DNA of 51,639 nucleotides from Candidatus Eiseniibacteriota bacterium (GCA_043810925.1 JBDRNT010000172.1:1-51639); one strand, 5' to 3'. Positions 25,758 to 37,159 are shown, counted from the stretch's first letter. Translations and numbers: made by a program. Notes: generated by a model not told the origin, from the sequence alone.

Positions 25758-27329
25758 ATGCAAATGGTTGAGCAAATAGTGATTGTCATAGCGAGCCTTG
25801 TTGTAGGCATGCTGCTATTCATGCTGGGTTGGTACGCACACAAGAGGGCGAGTGAAAGCAAACTGATGAGTACCGAGAAACTCGCCGAGAAGATGATTTC
25901 GGAGGCCAAGAAGGAAGCCGAAACGCACAAGAAAGGTGCGGTGCTTGAAGCCAAGGACCAGTGGTACAAGGCCAAGGAGAAGTTCGAGCGAGAGACGCAG
26001 GCCAGAAAGTCGGAGCTGAGCAAGCTTGAGAGGCGGTTTTCCGACAGGGAGGCCAATCTAAACCGTAAGGTGGATATTCTTGATAAGAAGGAGGGGGATG
26101 TCCGCCGGCGCGAACGGGATGTTGCGTCGAGGGACAAAGCGCTCACCGATAAGGAGAGTGAACTCCAGAGATTGGTTGAAGAAGAGAACAGAAGGCTTGA
26201 GAAGATAGCCGGGATGACTTCCGATGAAGCCAAGCAGGTCTTGATAACGAACCTCGAGAGTGAGGCAAAACACGAGGCCGCTCACCTGATAAGGAGGGTG
26301 AGAGAAGAAGCAGAGCGGAAGGCCGACAAAGAGGCGAGGGAGATTCTGACACTCGCCATTCAACGGTGTGCTGCGGATCATGTCGTTGAATCGACGGTCT
26401 CGGTAGTGTCGCTGCCAAATGAGGAGATGAAGGGACGAATCATCGGCAGGGAGGGGCGGAACATACGCGCATTCGAGCTTTCAACCGGGATAGACGTTAT
26501 CATTGATGATACCCCGGAGGCAGTGATCCTCTCGGGTTTCGATCCTATACGGCGTGAAGTGGCGAAGATCTCACTGGAGCGCCTGGTGGCCGACGGACGC
26601 ATTCATCCTGCGCGGATCGAGGAGGTCGTGGCGAAGGTGCAGGCGGAGATGGATGAGAAGATCAGAGAAGTGGGCGAACAGGTTTCACTGGATGTCGGGG
26701 TCCACGGTCTCCATCCCGAGCTGATCAAGATGCTCGGCAGACTGCAGTACCGTACCAGTTACGGCCAGAACGTGCTTCAGCACAGCAAGGAAGTCGCTTA
26801 TCTGTCCGGTATGATGGCTTCCGAGCTGGGCTTCGATTCGTCGCTTGCCAAGCGTGCGGGGCTTCTGCATGACATCGGCAAGGCCATCGACCATGAGACG
26901 GAAGGCACTCACACCCAGATAGGTTCGGATGTTGCCGAGAGGTACGGTGAGAATCCCGCTGTTGTGCATGCCATAGGTTTTCACCACAGTGATTCGGTGA
27001 CCGATTCCGCGAACTCCGTGCTTGTCCAGGCTGCCGACGCTGTTTCCAGCGCCAGACCGGGTGCGAGAAGAGAGACACTCGAGAGTTATGTCAAGAGGCT
27101 GGAGAAGCTGGAGAAGATAGCTGATTCCTTCAAGGGTGTTACCAAGGCCTTTGCGATTCAGGCCGGTCGTGAAATCAGGATCATGGTGGAGAGCAAGGAA
27201 GTCAATGATGATCGGGCGGAAGCGTTGGCCCAGGATATAGCCAGGAAGGTCGAGAAAGAGCTTGAGTATCCAGGCCAGGTGAAGGTCGTCGTCATCAGAG
27301 AGACGCGAGCAATAGAGTATGCCAAGTAA
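25758..27329 (+). CDS. rny: Ribonuclease Y
   Basis: N-terminal TM helix, coiled coil, KH domain ([14 protein letters not shown]) and HD domain (LLHDIGK). Start at ATG 25758 after GGGGAGG. Confidence 0.98.
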   Translation: MQMVEQIVIVIASLVVGMLLFMLGWYAHKRASESKLMSTEKLAEKMISEAKKEAETHKKGAVLEAKDQWYKAKEKFERETQARKSELSKLERRFSDREANLNRKVDILDKKEGDVRRRERDVASRDKALTDKESELQRLVEEENRRLEKIAGMTSDEAKQVLITNLESEAKHEAAHLIRRVREEAERKADKEAREILTLAIQRCAADHVVESTVSVVSLPNEEMKGRIIGREGRNIRAFELSTGIDVIIDDTPEAVILSGFDPIRREVAKISLERLVADGRIHPARIEEVVAKVQAEMDEKIREVGEQVSLDVGVHGLHPELIKMLGRLQYRTSYGQNVLQHSKEVAYLSGMMASELGFDSSLAKRAGLLHDIGKAIDHETEGTHTQIGSDVAERYGENPAVVHAIGFHHSDSVTDSANSVLVQAADAVSSARPGARRETLESYVKRLEKLEKIADSFKGVTKAFAIQAGREIRIMVESKEVNDDRAEALAQDIARKVEKELEYPGQVKVVVIRETRAIEYAK

Positions 27330-28125
27330 CTCCGATTTCAACGTTCTTTTCATCGGAGACATAATAGGCCGGCAGGGCCGGTTGGCCGTGGGCAGGGTCT
27401 TGTCCGGGATCAAGGCCGATTTCAATATCGATTTTGTCATCGCCAACTGTGAAAACGTTGCTGGGGGCTTTGGTCTGACCGTGAAGCTGGCAGATGAGCT
27501 CACGGAACTGGGTATCGATGTCATCACCTCGGGCAATCATATCTGGGATAGACGGGAAGTCGTCCCTCACCTTGATTCAATGGTCAACGTGCTGAGACCT
27601 CTCAACTACCCGAAGGGTGTGCCCGGCCGGGGGTGGGGGATCTATGAAACCGGGGACGGTCTCAAGGTGTGCGTGATCAACCTGCTGGGCAGGGTCTTCA
27701 TGAGGGCAATAGACTGCCCGTTTCGGATTGTTGATGATCTGCTTAAGGAGATCAACCCCATGGTGACGATCGTGGATATCCATGCGGAGGCAACAAGCGA
27801 GAAGATCGCGATGGGATGGTACCTTGACGGGAGGGCGTCCGCTGTGGTGGGAAGTCATACCCATGTCCAGACTGCGGATGAACGCGTGCTCCCGGGGGGT
27901 ACCGCATACATAACTGATGCGGGTATGACCGGCCCCTTCGATTCGGTGATCGGTGTGGACAAACGTGTGATAATCGAGCGCTTCCTCACAGGCATCCCTT
28001 CACGGTTTGATGCCGCCACCGGGGATGTGCGATTCTCCGGAGTTGTGATCTCGATAGACAGAAAGTCGCGCAAGGCCAGGAGCATTGAGCGAATCCACCG
28101 TCCCGTCGGCTCCGGGAGTGAGTAA
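27319..28125 (+). CDS. ymdB: YmdB-family metallophosphoesterase
   Basis: [39 protein letters not shown] and TDAGMTG motifs; follows rny. Confidence 0.93.
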   Translation: MPSNSDFNVLFIGDIIGRQGRLAVGRVLSGIKADFNIDFVIANCENVAGGFGLTVKLADELTELGIDVITSGNHIWDRREVVPHLDSMVNVLRPLNYPKGVPGRGWGIYETGDGLKVCVINLLGRVFMRAIDCPFRIVDDLLKEINPMVTIVDIHAEATSEKIAMGWYLDGRASAVVGSHTHVQTADERVLPGGTAYITDAGMTGPFDSVIGVDKRVIIERFLTGIPSRFDAATGDVRFSGVVISIDRKSRKARSIERIHRPVGSGSE

Positions 28126-29013
28126 GTGAAGGCGGCACTTCTGGACGGCAAAGCGCTTGCCGGGCAGATTCGCAGGGAAGTGGCAGGCGAGGTTGCCGAG
28201 CTCGCTCGACAGGGTGTCAGTCCCCACCTCAGTGTTGTGATAGTCGGGGACGATCCCGGCTCGCGGATATATGTAGGAAGCAAGGAAAGGGCATGCAAGA
28301 AGACCGGCATAGGGTCGGACACCCTTCATCTGCCCGAGACGACCTCACAGGAAGACTTGATCGAGGTCGTCCGGAAGCTCAACGCGGATCAATCGGTGCA
28401 CGGGATTCTTGTGCAACTTCCGCTTCCTTCCGGGATCGACACCGACGCTGTAGTGTGTGCGATCGACCCGTCAAAGGACGTGGATGGCTTCACCCCTGAG
28501 AATATTGGAAAACTCCTGCTCGGGTCCCCTTATACCGTAGCCTGTACGCCCGCCGGCATAGTCGAGTTGCTCGACCGGAACGCCGTTCCCGTTGAGGGTT
28601 CCGACGTGGTTATTGTCGGGCGCAGCAACATAGTGGGCAAACCGCTGGCCGCAATTCTCATGCAGAAGACGCCCGGCAGGAACTGCACGGTTACCCTGTG
28701 CCATTCAAGAACAAAAGACATAGCCCGATACACCAGGTCCGCTGATATCGTGGTCGCGGCCCTCGGAAAGCCCTGCTTTCTTAAGGCCGACATGGTGAGA
28801 CCGGGCTGCGTGGTTGTCGATGTCGGTATCAACAGGGTCGAAGACCCTTCAACACCAAAAGGCTACAGGGTGGTTGGAGATGCCGACTTCGAAGCGCTCT
28901 CGGACATAGCCTCCTTCATCACCCCCGTACCGGGCGGGATAGGCCCGCTGACTGTGGCGATGCTTCTTAAGAACACAGTGAAGGTTGCGAGGCTGGCCAG
29001 ATGCGGCCCATAG
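28126..29013 (+). CDS. folD: Bifunctional methylenetetrahydrofolate dehydrogenase/cyclohydrolase
   Basis: GILVQLPLP, KDVDG, CTPAG, GRSNIVGKP and TPVPGGIGP motifs. Confidence 0.98.
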   Translation: MKAALLDGKALAGQIRREVAGEVAELARQGVSPHLSVVIVGDDPGSRIYVGSKERACKKTGIGSDTLHLPETTSQEDLIEVVRKLNADQSVHGILVQLPLPSGIDTDAVVCAIDPSKDVDGFTPENIGKLLLGSPYTVACTPAGIVELLDRNAVPVEGSDVVIVGRSNIVGKPLAAILMQKTPGRNCTVTLCHSRTKDIARYTRSADIVVAALGKPCFLKADMVRPGCVVVDVGINRVEDPSTPKGYRVVGDADFEALSDIASFITPVPGGIGPLTVAMLLKNTVKVARLARCGP

Positions 29014-30233
29014 ACGATGCGATCGAGAAGGAAAAGGTCTACAGCGTATCTGAGATAACGTCGTGTATCAAGGATGCCGTCGAGAGCGAATTTCCCCGGG
29101 TCTGGGTTGTGGGCGAAGTATCCAACTGCAAGGCCCACTCCTCGGGACACACGTACTTCACACTCAAGGATGACGGCGCCCAGATAAGATGCGTGCTCTT
29201 CAGCGGAAGTTCCCGGCATCTGTCGGTGCTTCCAGAGAACGGCCTCAAGATCTACGCGCGCGGCAGGGTAACGGTCTACGAGAGGCAGGGTCAGTACGAG
29301 TTGATCGTTACGACGATTCTGCCGACCGGAAAAGGTGAGCTCTACATTGCCTTCAACGAACTGAAAGAGAAGCTGGCCAAAGAGGGTCTCTTCGATCCCG
29401 AGCGCAAGCGGCCGATACCGAGGTTCCCGTCACGCATCGCCGTAGTGACCTCTCCGACGGGTGCCGCTGTAAGAGATGTTATCCGGGCTGCGACCAAGAT
29501 ACATCAAGGCGTTGAGATAGTGGTGTATCCTGTCAGGGTTCAGGGTGAGGGGGCCCGGGATGAGATTTCGCAGGCCCTCGCCGATCTGAATTCACTCGGC
29601 GGTTTTGATGTGATCATCCTGGCACGTGGTGGCGGCTCGATAGAGGATCTATGGGCCTTCAACGAGGAGATCGTGGCCAGGGCCATAAGCGACTCAGAGA
29701 TCCCCGTGGTGTCGGCCGTCGGACATGAGATAGACTATACAATTGCGGACTTCGTTGCAGATGCGCGGGCGCCGACTCCGTCAGCCGCCCCCGCACTTGT
29801 TCTCGTAGACTATGTCGATGTAAAGACCAGGTTGAGTTCGCTGATGCAGCAGGCCCGTTCCCAGGTGTCTGCCGTGATCGAACGTCACACGCAGTTCCTC
29901 ACGGGGCTTAAGTCTCACTACGGTCTGAGAAGCATGACCGATCGTTTGACCGGGCATGCCAGGGACATCGACGAGATGTTGATGCGCGCCGAGACATGGG
30001 TTGTTTCGAGGACGGACGCGGAGGCGGCCAGGCTTTCGCGGCTTGAGGGCGAGTTTCAGGCTCTGAGTCCGACGGCGACACTGGAAAGAGGTTACTCGAT
30101 ATGCTTTCATGGTGATACCAGGAAGATTGTCAGGAGCTATAGCGATATAGATGTTGGGGACAGTGTGTCCATAAGGTTCGCAGAGGGCGGGGCAGTCTCG
30201 AGGGTGGAAAAGCGGGGGAAGGAGTTGACCTAG
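29001..30233 (+). CDS. xseA: Exodeoxyribonuclease VII large subunit
   Basis: GEVSN..HSSGHTYFTLKD, RGGGSIEDLWAFNEE, SAVGHEID and TPSAA motifs. Confidence 0.98.
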   Translation: MRPIDDAIEKEKVYSVSEITSCIKDAVESEFPRVWVVGEVSNCKAHSSGHTYFTLKDDGAQIRCVLFSGSSRHLSVLPENGLKIYARGRVTVYERQGQYELIVTTILPTGKGELYIAFNELKEKLAKEGLFDPERKRPIPRFPSRIAVVTSPTGAAVRDVIRAATKIHQGVEIVVYPVRVQGEGARDEISQALADLNSLGGFDVIILARGGGSIEDLWAFNEEIVARAISDSEIPVVSAVGHEIDYTIADFVADARAPTPSAAPALVLVDYVDVKTRLSSLMQQARSQVSAVIERHTQFLTGLKSHYGLRSMTDRLTGHARDIDEMLMRAETWVVSRTDAEAARLSRLEGEFQALSPTATLERGYSICFHGDTRKIVRSYSDIDVGDSVSIRFAEGGAVSRVEKRGKELT

Positions 30234-30473
30234 ATGCCAAAAAAGAAGATGAGTTTCGAAGATGCGATGACGCGGATCGAAGAGATCGTCTCCGACCTCG
30301 AGCGCGGTGAGCTCCCTCTGGAGCAGTCGCTCGATCGCTTCGAGGAGGCGGTCAAGCTCGCTCGTTCCTGTCAGCAGACGCTTGGAGCCGCACAGAAGAG
30401 AATCTCCAAACTGGTCCGGTCCGAAGACGACGGTTTTACACTTGAACCACTGGACGAACCGGGCGAGGACTAA
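30234..30473 (+). CDS. xseB: Exodeoxyribonuclease VII small subunit
   Basis: SFEDAM.RIEEIV..LE.GELPLEQSL motif; follows xseA. Confidence 0.95.
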   Translation: MPKKKMSFEDAMTRIEEIVSDLERGELPLEQSLDRFEEAVKLARSCQQTLGAAQKRISKLVRSEDDGFTLEPLDEPGED

Positions 30474-30476
30474 ACC

Positions 30477-31388
30477 GTGACCACGAGACGACGCCGGGAA
30501 TTCGAACTGGGCGGATACCTCTTACAGAGGAAGGTGCTGGTCGACGAATTCCTGGAAGCTTATCTTGCTGCGGAAGGCACGCATCCCGAGGTCCTCCACG
30601 AGGCAATGAGATACAGCGTCTTCAGCGGCGGTAAGAGGTTCAGGCCTATCCTCTGTATGGCCGGCTACGATGCGTGTGGAGGGAAAGGCCGATCGATAAT
30701 GCCTGTGGCCTGCGGTATCGAACTCATACATACGTACTCGCTCATCCACGATGATCTTCCCTGCATGGATGATGACGATGTGCGCAGGGGGAAGCCGACG
30801 AGCCACAAGGTCTTCGGGGAGGCCGTCGCGGTGCTCGCCGGAGATGCGCTCCTTACCTTTGCCGTGGAACTCATAGTGAGCGAGGGGTTGAAGGTGCTTG
30901 AAGCGGAGCGTGTGGTCCGTGTGCTTGACGAGCTCATGAAGTCAATAGGAACCGATGGCATGGTGGCCGGGCAAGTTGTGGACATGGAAAGCGAGGGTGC
31001 CGACGCGGATGCGATGACGGTCGAGTACATCCATAGCCGCAAGACAGGTGCCCTCATCTGCGGGGCGGCCCGGAGCGGTGCGATTGTCGCGGGTGCGGAA
31101 GAAGCTCTGATAGAGCGTATAGGGAAGTATGGAGAGCGTATAGGGCTGGCGTTTCAGATCGTTGACGACGTGATGGACGCCGAGGGCAGGTTCGGCGAAC
31201 TCAAGTCCGGGTCCGACCTTGACAGCAGAAAGCGAAAACTGACGTATCCTCTCGTATTCGGTCCTGAGGAATCGAGGCAAAAAGCCCGGGATCTTGTCTG
31301 CGAGGCAAAGGATTATGTTGCGGACCTGGGTGACCGTGCCGTACCCTTGATGGCGTTGGCGGATCTTGTGGTAAGCCGCTCATCGTGA
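30477..31388 (+). CDS. ispA: Polyprenyl (farnesyl/geranyl) diphosphate synthase
   Basis: GGKRFRP, SLIHDDLPCMDDDDVRRGKP, KTGAL and FQIVDDVMD motifs. Confidence 0.93.
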   Translation: MTTRRRREFELGGYLLQRKVLVDEFLEAYLAAEGTHPEVLHEAMRYSVFSGGKRFRPILCMAGYDACGGKGRSIMPVACGIELIHTYSLIHDDLPCMDDDDVRRGKPTSHKVFGEAVAVLAGDALLTFAVELIVSEGLKVLEAERVVRVLDELMKSIGTDGMVAGQVVDMESEGADADAMTVEYIHSRKTGALICGAARSGAIVAGAEEALIERIGKYGERIGLAFQIVDDVMDAEGRFGELKSGSDLDSRKRKLTYPLVFGPEESRQKARDLVCEAKDYVADLGDRAVPLMALADLVVSRSS

Positions 31389-33280
31389 GGAGGTTTGCTG
31401 AGACGGGACCTCTTGATGACATAAAAGGCCCGGAGGATCTCAAGGAACTCACTCTGCGGGATCTTAACAGGCTGGCCAGAGAGATTAGAGAGCGGATCAT
31501 CTCGGTCGTATCCGAGACGGGTGGACACCTCGCTCCCAGCCTGGGGGTCGTGGAACTGACGATCGCCCTTCACTATTGCTTCGACTCGCCCAGAGACAAG
31601 ATAGTCTGGGATGTGGGACATCAGGCATACGCGCATAAGATCCTGACGGGCAGGCGGGATGCCTTCCGGCACCTCCGTATGAAGGACGGGATCAGTGGAT
31701 TTCCCAAGATAGACGAGAGTGATCATGACGCCTTCGGGACGGGCCATGCCAGCACGTCGATATCGGCTGCACTCGGAATGGCGTGTGCGCGCGATCTCTC
31801 CAGTGAAGACTACCACGTGCTTGCTGTTATAGGCGATGGAGCACTGACCGGCGGAATGGCCTTTGAGGGTCTCAATCAGGCGGGCCACCTCAAGAAGGAC
31901 TTGATCGTAATCCTCAATGATAACAAGATGTCGATTTCGCGCAACGTCGGAGCACTGTCGCAGTATCTCACCAGACTGATATCCGCACCAGTCTACCGGA
32001 GATTCGAGGCGGACGTCTGGGAGCTCCTCGGAAAGATTCCTACAGTCGGCGGCCGCGCGCGGTCACTTGGCGGCCGGATCAAAGAGAGCCTCAAGAACCT
32101 GGTTGTGCCCGGAATCCTCTTTGAGGAACTCGGCTTCCGTTACTACGGGCCGGTCGACGGTCACAACATCGAGCAGGTGATACACGTGCTCAATCATATA
32201 AAGGAGTTCAACGGTCCCCAGATTCTTCACGTGGTGACCACGAAGGGTAAGGGTTACACTCATGCGGAGAAGAACGCCACCAAGTTCCACGGCATAGGGA
32301 CGTTCGACAAGAAGACGGGCAAGCTTGAGAAGAGCTCCGATTTCCCGTCATATACACAGGTGTTCGGTAAGACGATCACGGAGCTCGGTACGAAGCATGA
32401 CCGTGTCGTTGCGATTACCGCAGCGATGCCTGATGGTACGGGGCTGACCCGCTTCAGAGACAAGTTCCCCGAGAGGTTTTTCGATGTGGGTATTGCGGAG
32501 CAGCATGCGGTCACGTTCGCGGCAGGTATCGCGCGGGCGGGGTTCAAACCGATCGTCGCGGTATATTCCACCTTCTTGCAGCGTGCCTTCGACCAGATCG
32601 TCCATGATGTGGCGCTCCAGAGGCTTAACGTCGGTTTTGCGATCGACAGGGGAGGGCTCGTGGGTGAAGACGGACCCACCCATCACGGTGCATTTGATCT
32701 GAGCTATCTGGGACAGGTCCCCAACCTGGTAGTGATGGCCCCCAAGGACGAGAACGAGTTCCGTCACATGCTTGCCACGATGGTTGTCTACGAGGGCGGA
32801 CCTATCGCGGTGAGGTACCCGCGTGACTATGGCTACGGAGTCAAACTGGACAAAAAGCTGCGGGCGCTGGAGATCGGTAAGGGCGAGCTCATAGCGAGCG
32901 GAGGTGATGTGGCGCTGGTCGGCATAGGCTCGATGGTCGAGCCGTGTCGTCAGGCAGCCGAGATCCTGGCCGGTGAGGGTATAAGCTGCTCGGTTGTCAA
33001 TGCACGGTTCGCAAAACCCCTCGACCGGGAACTGTTGACGAACGTAGCATCGCAGGTCAAGCTTGTTGTGACCGTTGAGGAGAACGCGGTCAGGGGAGGC
33101 TTCGGAAGCGCCGTCTGTGCGCTCTTGTCCGAATGTGACATCAACGTTCCCGTAACCATACTGGGTTTGCCCGACAGGTTCGTATCCTACGCCGCGAGGC
33201 ATGAGTTGCTTGAAGAAGTGGGTCTCTCACGTGAGGCAATCGCACGCAGTGTAGTGACTGCTCTAAGCAGGTGCAGGTGA
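31385..33280 (+). CDS. dxs: 1-deoxy-D-xylulose-5-phosphate synthase
   Basis: GGHL, WDVGHQAY, GDGALTGGMAFE, DVGIAEQHA, YSTFLQR and GEDGPTH motifs. Confidence 0.98.
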   Translation: MRRFAETGPLDDIKGPEDLKELTLRDLNRLAREIRERIISVVSETGGHLAPSLGVVELTIALHYCFDSPRDKIVWDVGHQAYAHKILTGRRDAFRHLRMKDGISGFPKIDESDHDAFGTGHASTSISAALGMACARDLSSEDYHVLAVIGDGALTGGMAFEGLNQAGHLKKDLIVILNDNKMSISRNVGALSQYLTRLISAPVYRRFEADVWELLGKIPTVGGRARSLGGRIKESLKNLVVPGILFEELGFRYYGPVDGHNIEQVIHVLNHIKEFNGPQILHVVTTKGKGYTHAEKNATKFHGIGTFDKKTGKLEKSSDFPSYTQVFGKTITELGTKHDRVVAITAAMPDGTGLTRFRDKFPERFFDVGIAEQHAVTFAAGIARAGFKPIVAVYSTFLQRAFDQIVHDVALQRLNVGFAIDRGGLVGEDGPTHHGAFDLSYLGQVPNLVVMAPKDENEFRHMLATMVVYEGGPIAVRYPRDYGYGVKLDKKLRALEIGKGELIASGGDVALVGIGSMVEPCRQAAEILAGEGISCSVVNARFAKPLDRELLTNVASQVKLVVTVEENAVRGGFGSAVCALLSECDINVPVTILGLPDRFVSYAARHELLEEVGLSREAIARSVVTALSRCR

Positions 33281-33283
33281 AAT

Positions 33284-34168
33284 ATGCCGAAGACCTTCGG
33301 AATAGTGGCCAACAAGCGTAAGCCTGATGTCACGGACCTGATCGAGGGACTCCGATCATGGCTTAGTGCGAGAGACGTGCATGTCGTCCTCTGGGACGAC
33401 CTGCGCGACACGATAGCAGATGGTGACTTCAGACCTATCGATGAGGTGGCAAGCGAGAGTGACATAGTGATAGCGATGGGAGGGGACGGAACACTTCTCC
33501 GGGCTGCCAGGGCGGTCGGCGATTCGGTCACTCCCATTCTGGGCGTTAATATCGGCAGCCTCGGCTTCCTTACGGAGGTTGGCGTACCGGAGGTCTATGG
33601 GGCATTAGAAGAGATCATCGCCGGCAAGTACAGGTATGAGGACAGAATGAATATCGACGCCATCGTCGAGCGAGACGGGAAAGAGGTTTCCTCATTCACC
33701 GGCCTCAACGACATGGTGATAAACAAAGGTGCGCTCTCGAGGGTTATCGGCATGAAGACCGCGGTGGACGGCAACTACCTGGCCACCTACACGGCGGACG
33801 GGCTTATAGTCTCGACCCCGACAGGTTCGACTGCATACTCGTTGTCCGCCGGTGGGCCGATCGTGAATCCGTCGATGGATGCGATCATTGCCACACCCAT
33901 TTGCCCCCACACGCTTGCGATCAGGCCTATGATTCTGGCACCGGGCCAGCAACTGAGCGTCGAGCTCTCGGCCGGTGACTCATTGTACGGGGAGCCGGAG
34001 ATCAAACTGACGGTTGACGGGCAGGTCGGTTTCGAGCTGGTGTCGGGAGACAGGATCATCTTCTTGAGATCCGAGCGGCGAACGAGGCTGGTACTGACAG
34101 GCGGCAGATCTTTCTATGAGGTTTTACGAGACAAACTCAAATGGGGTGATATCAAGCGGAGATTGTGA
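33284..34168 (+). CDS. nadK: NAD kinase
   Basis: GGDGTLL, GSLGFL, LND and DGLIVSTPTGSTAYSLSAGGP motifs. Confidence 0.97.
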   Translation: MPKTFGIVANKRKPDVTDLIEGLRSWLSARDVHVVLWDDLRDTIADGDFRPIDEVASESDIVIAMGGDGTLLRAARAVGDSVTPILGVNIGSLGFLTEVGVPEVYGALEEIIAGKYRYEDRMNIDAIVERDGKEVSSFTGLNDMVINKGALSRVIGMKTAVDGNYLATYTADGLIVSTPTGSTAYSLSAGGPIVNPSMDAIIATPICPHTLAIRPMILAPGQQLSVELSAGDSLYGEPEIKLTVDGQVGFELVSGDRIIFLRSERRTRLVLTGGRSFYEVLRDKLKWGDIKRRL

Positions 34169-34215
34169 CTTCCACGTGTTGACATCCTCATGTTCAACCA
34201 AGAAGGTTGTAGTGT

Positions 34216-35925
34216 ATGCTTCGCAGTCTTTCAGTAAGTAACTATGCAATCATAGATCGAGCCGCGATCGATCTGCGGCCCGGTCTCACTGTTCTTACCG
34301 GAGAGACGGGTGCGGGGAAGTCCATAATCGTGGGTGCGCTGAGTTTTGTACTGGGTGAGCGGGTGTCGGATGATGTCATTAGGAAGGGTGCGGACTCATG
34401 CCGAATAGAGGCATCGTTTGACCTGGCCGGAGGTCGACTGGGCCAACGTCTGGAAGATCTGGGTCTTGCGCAATCCGATACGTCCGAGATCATCGTTGTG
34501 CGGGAAATAACCAGAGGGGGAAAATCGCGCTCCACCGTCAACGGCAAAGCGGCTGCTGTCGGCCGAATCAGAGATCTCGGTAACCTGCTTGTGGACTTTC
34601 ATGGTCAGCATGAGCACCAGCGGCTGCTGCATCCCGGGAGCCACGTGGATTTCCTTGATGGCTTCGCTCATCTGCTGGACTTGAAAGAAGCCTACTCGGA
34701 CAGGAAGAAAGCGCTGAGTGATCTTGCGAAGAGGGTGAGAGACCTCGAACAGGAGATTGCGGACATAAACTCGAGAGAGGATTTCATCCGTTATGAGATA
34801 AGAGAGATCGAGCAACTTGACCTCAGGGAGGATGAGGATGTCGAGATCGAGCGCGACATCGATCTCTTAGAACACGCGGAGAAGATTATTGAGGCGGGCA
34901 GGGAAGCTATGGACGCCCTGTATGACAGCGACGACGCCGCTATCAGACTGATCGCCAGGGCTCGGACCGCTCTTCAGAGAATCGCGCCCTATTTCGATCA
35001 GGCGGGAGTCATGGCTGAATCCCTTGACCAGTCGGATGTCATCGTGCAGGATGTCGCACAGGATTTGAGAGATCATCTGTCGCGGATAGACCTGGATTCT
35101 TCCAGACTGGAGACCTTGCGCGATCGCCGTGCCGTAATCGAGAGAGTCAAACGGAAATACGGCGGGACGGTTGCCGATGTTCTCGACCACCTGAGAAGGA
35201 TAAAGACCGGGGTCGATAACAGGGGGGAGCTCGAACTCGAACTCTCGGAACTCATATCCGACCGGGACGGGCTCGAACACGAGGTCGTATGTGTGGCCCT
35301 TGATTTATCCGCCAGAAGAAAGTCCGCGGCAAAGCGATTTGAGAAACTGATCCAAACGGAGCTTAAATCCCTCGGGATCGAGGGTGGTGGTTTCAAGGTG
35401 GTCTTCGAAGACCTTGAGGAAGGCGAGGAAATCCACGGTGAGGACGGCCGCCTGATCAGAGTGGGTGAGAACGGAATGGATGATGTTGAGTTCTTCGTAC
35501 GGACCAATCCGGGCGAGGATCTACTGCCGCTAAGGAGGATCGCCTCGGGTGGTGAGATCTCAAGGGTGATGCTGGCGCTTAAGAAGATCCTTGCGGACGT
35601 TGATGAAGTCGACACGCTTGTTTTTGATGAGATCGATTCGGGTATAGGCGGGAGCATAGCGGATGTCATCGCTCAGAAGCTTTCGCAGGTGGCACAGTCC
35701 AGGCAGGTAATCTGCATAACGCATCTCGCGCAGATAGCCGGCCCGGCCGAACTTCATCTGGCTGTCGGCAAAGTTTCGGTCGGAGGGCGGACTGTCACCG
35801 GTGTCACGGAAATCAAGGGCGAAGCCCGGGTAAGAGAAATGGCCAGAATGATCGGTGGAAGAAAGCCGCCTGAATCGGCGCGGCTTCATGCCGAGGAAAT
35901 CCTAAAGAGGTCGGTTGCCAAATGA
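34216..35925 (+). CDS. recN: DNA repair protein RecN
   Basis: LTGETGAGKSI, HGQHEHQ, ASGGEISRVML, FDEIDSG and ITHLAQIA motifs. Confidence 0.98.
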   Translation: MLRSLSVSNYAIIDRAAIDLRPGLTVLTGETGAGKSIIVGALSFVLGERVSDDVIRKGADSCRIEASFDLAGGRLGQRLEDLGLAQSDTSEIIVVREITRGGKSRSTVNGKAAAVGRIRDLGNLLVDFHGQHEHQRLLHPGSHVDFLDGFAHLLDLKEAYSDRKKALSDLAKRVRDLEQEIADINSREDFIRYEIREIEQLDLREDEDVEIERDIDLLEHAEKIIEAGREAMDALYDSDDAAIRLIARARTALQRIAPYFDQAGVMAESLDQSDVIVQDVAQDLRDHLSRIDLDSSRLETLRDRRAVIERVKRKYGGTVADVLDHLRRIKTGVDNRGELELELSELISDRDGLEHEVVCVALDLSARRKSAAKRFEKLIQTELKSLGIEGGGFKVVFEDLEEGEEIHGEDGRLIRVGENGMDDVEFFVRTNPGEDLLPLRRIASGGEISRVMLALKKILADVDEVDTLVFDEIDSGIGGSIADVIAQKLSQVAQSRQVICITHLAQIAGPAELHLAVGKVSVGGRTVTGVTEIKGEARVREMARMIGGRKPPESARLHAEEILKRSVAK

Positions 35926-37037
35926 AAAGCAAAGCCAAAGTTTCAAACGTCTATCTGGTGGACCTGCGTGCAAGCATGGAATCAGGTGTACTTGATCGAC
36001 TCAAGACCTGTGTCCGGAAGGCCGGACTGCTCAAGATAGGACGGGAGGGAGATCTGCTTGCTGTGAAGCTCCACTTCGGAGAGAAGGGATGCACCGGCTA
36101 CATAAGAACGGCGTACGTCCGGGCGGTGCTTGAGGCAATTGAACCGTCCGGGTGTGTTCCTTTCCTCACCGACACCAACACGCTCTATGTCGGTTCCCGT
36201 TCGGACTCCGTCAGGCATCTCCGGACCGCATTCGAGCACGGCTTCAGTTACGGGTCGATGGGTGTGCCTGCCATAATCGCCGACGGTCTCAAGGGTGGCA
36301 GCTACGAGCCGGTCAGGATCGACGGCAAGCACTTCGATGAGGCGATGATCGCATCGGACATTGCAAGGGCCGATTCGCTTCTGGTGCTTACGCATGTCAA
36401 GGGTCACGAGCTCACCGGCATAGGCGGAGCTCTTAAGAACCTCGGTATGGGTTGCGCCAACCGGGCCGGCAAACTCGCCATGCATTCGGACGTGCGGCCG
36501 TATGTTTCGAAAGACAGATGCACAGGCTGCGCGAAATGTGTCGAATGGTGTCCGGCGGGAGCGATCAGTGTTAAGAACAAGAAGGCGACCATTGACAGCG
36601 ACGTGTGCATCGGTTGTGCGGAGTGCATTGTTGTCTGTCGCTTCAAGGCCATAAGGATCGACTGGGACATGTCGGTTTCCCTGGTTCAGGAGAAGATAGC
36701 TGAATACGCGAAGGGTGTAATCCGGACCAAGAAGAAGATAGGCTATGTAAACTTCATCATGGACGTCTCGCCCCAGTGTGACTGCTATCCATTCTCGGAC
36801 GCAGCGGTCGTACCCAATGTGGGTATACTGGTGTCCCTCGATCCCGTGGCGATTGACAAGGCATCCGCGGATCTTATAAACGCCCAGCCGGCGCTGCCCG
36901 GGACCGCGCTTAAACCTGGCAAGAAGGAACGGGACCAGCTCAAGCATCTCTATGGCGGCCTCGACTGGGAGATCCAGATAAAGCATGCGGAGCGCCTCGG
37001 TCTCGGCACGTCCCGCTACAAACTGATAAAGGTGTAG
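35922..37037 (+). CDS. DUF362-domain protein with a 2x[4Fe-4S] ferredoxin insert
   Basis: KLHFGE, TDTNTLY, HVKGH...GGALKNLGMGC, CTGCAKCVEWCP / CIGCAECIVVC, CDC and DPVAID motifs. Confidence 0.88.
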   Translation: MKSKAKVSNVYLVDLRASMESGVLDRLKTCVRKAGLLKIGREGDLLAVKLHFGEKGCTGYIRTAYVRAVLEAIEPSGCVPFLTDTNTLYVGSRSDSVRHLRTAFEHGFSYGSMGVPAIIADGLKGGSYEPVRIDGKHFDEAMIASDIARADSLLVLTHVKGHELTGIGGALKNLGMGCANRAGKLAMHSDVRPYVSKDRCTGCAKCVEWCPAGAISVKNKKATIDSDVCIGCAECIVVCRFKAIRIDWDMSVSLVQEKIAEYAKGVIRTKKKIGYVNFIMDVSPQCDCYPFSDAAVVPNVGILVSLDPVAIDKASADLINAQPALPGTALKPGKKERDQLKHLYGGLDWEIQIKHAERLGLGTSRYKLIKV

Positions 37038-37137
37038 CGGCTGACCGCCGGCTTGCCTTCGGTCCGCCTGCTCAGAAGAGGCATTCGCTTGCGGAGCAAA
37101 ACGTGCACCAGCGATTCTTCCAAAGCACCAGGAGCAC

Positions 37138-37159
37138 CGGGTCTCCGCGCCCGACCTAT
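37138..37159. repeat. Degenerate GTAG-family REP-like palindrome
   Basis: CGGG-TCTCCGCG-CCCGAC-CTAT shares the stem core and TCTCYGYG loop with 3318-3343. Confidence 0.4.

Noticed and set aside
33280..33284. Absence of tlyA between dxs and nadK
   Set aside because: This synteny varies widely between lineages, so it is not informative.
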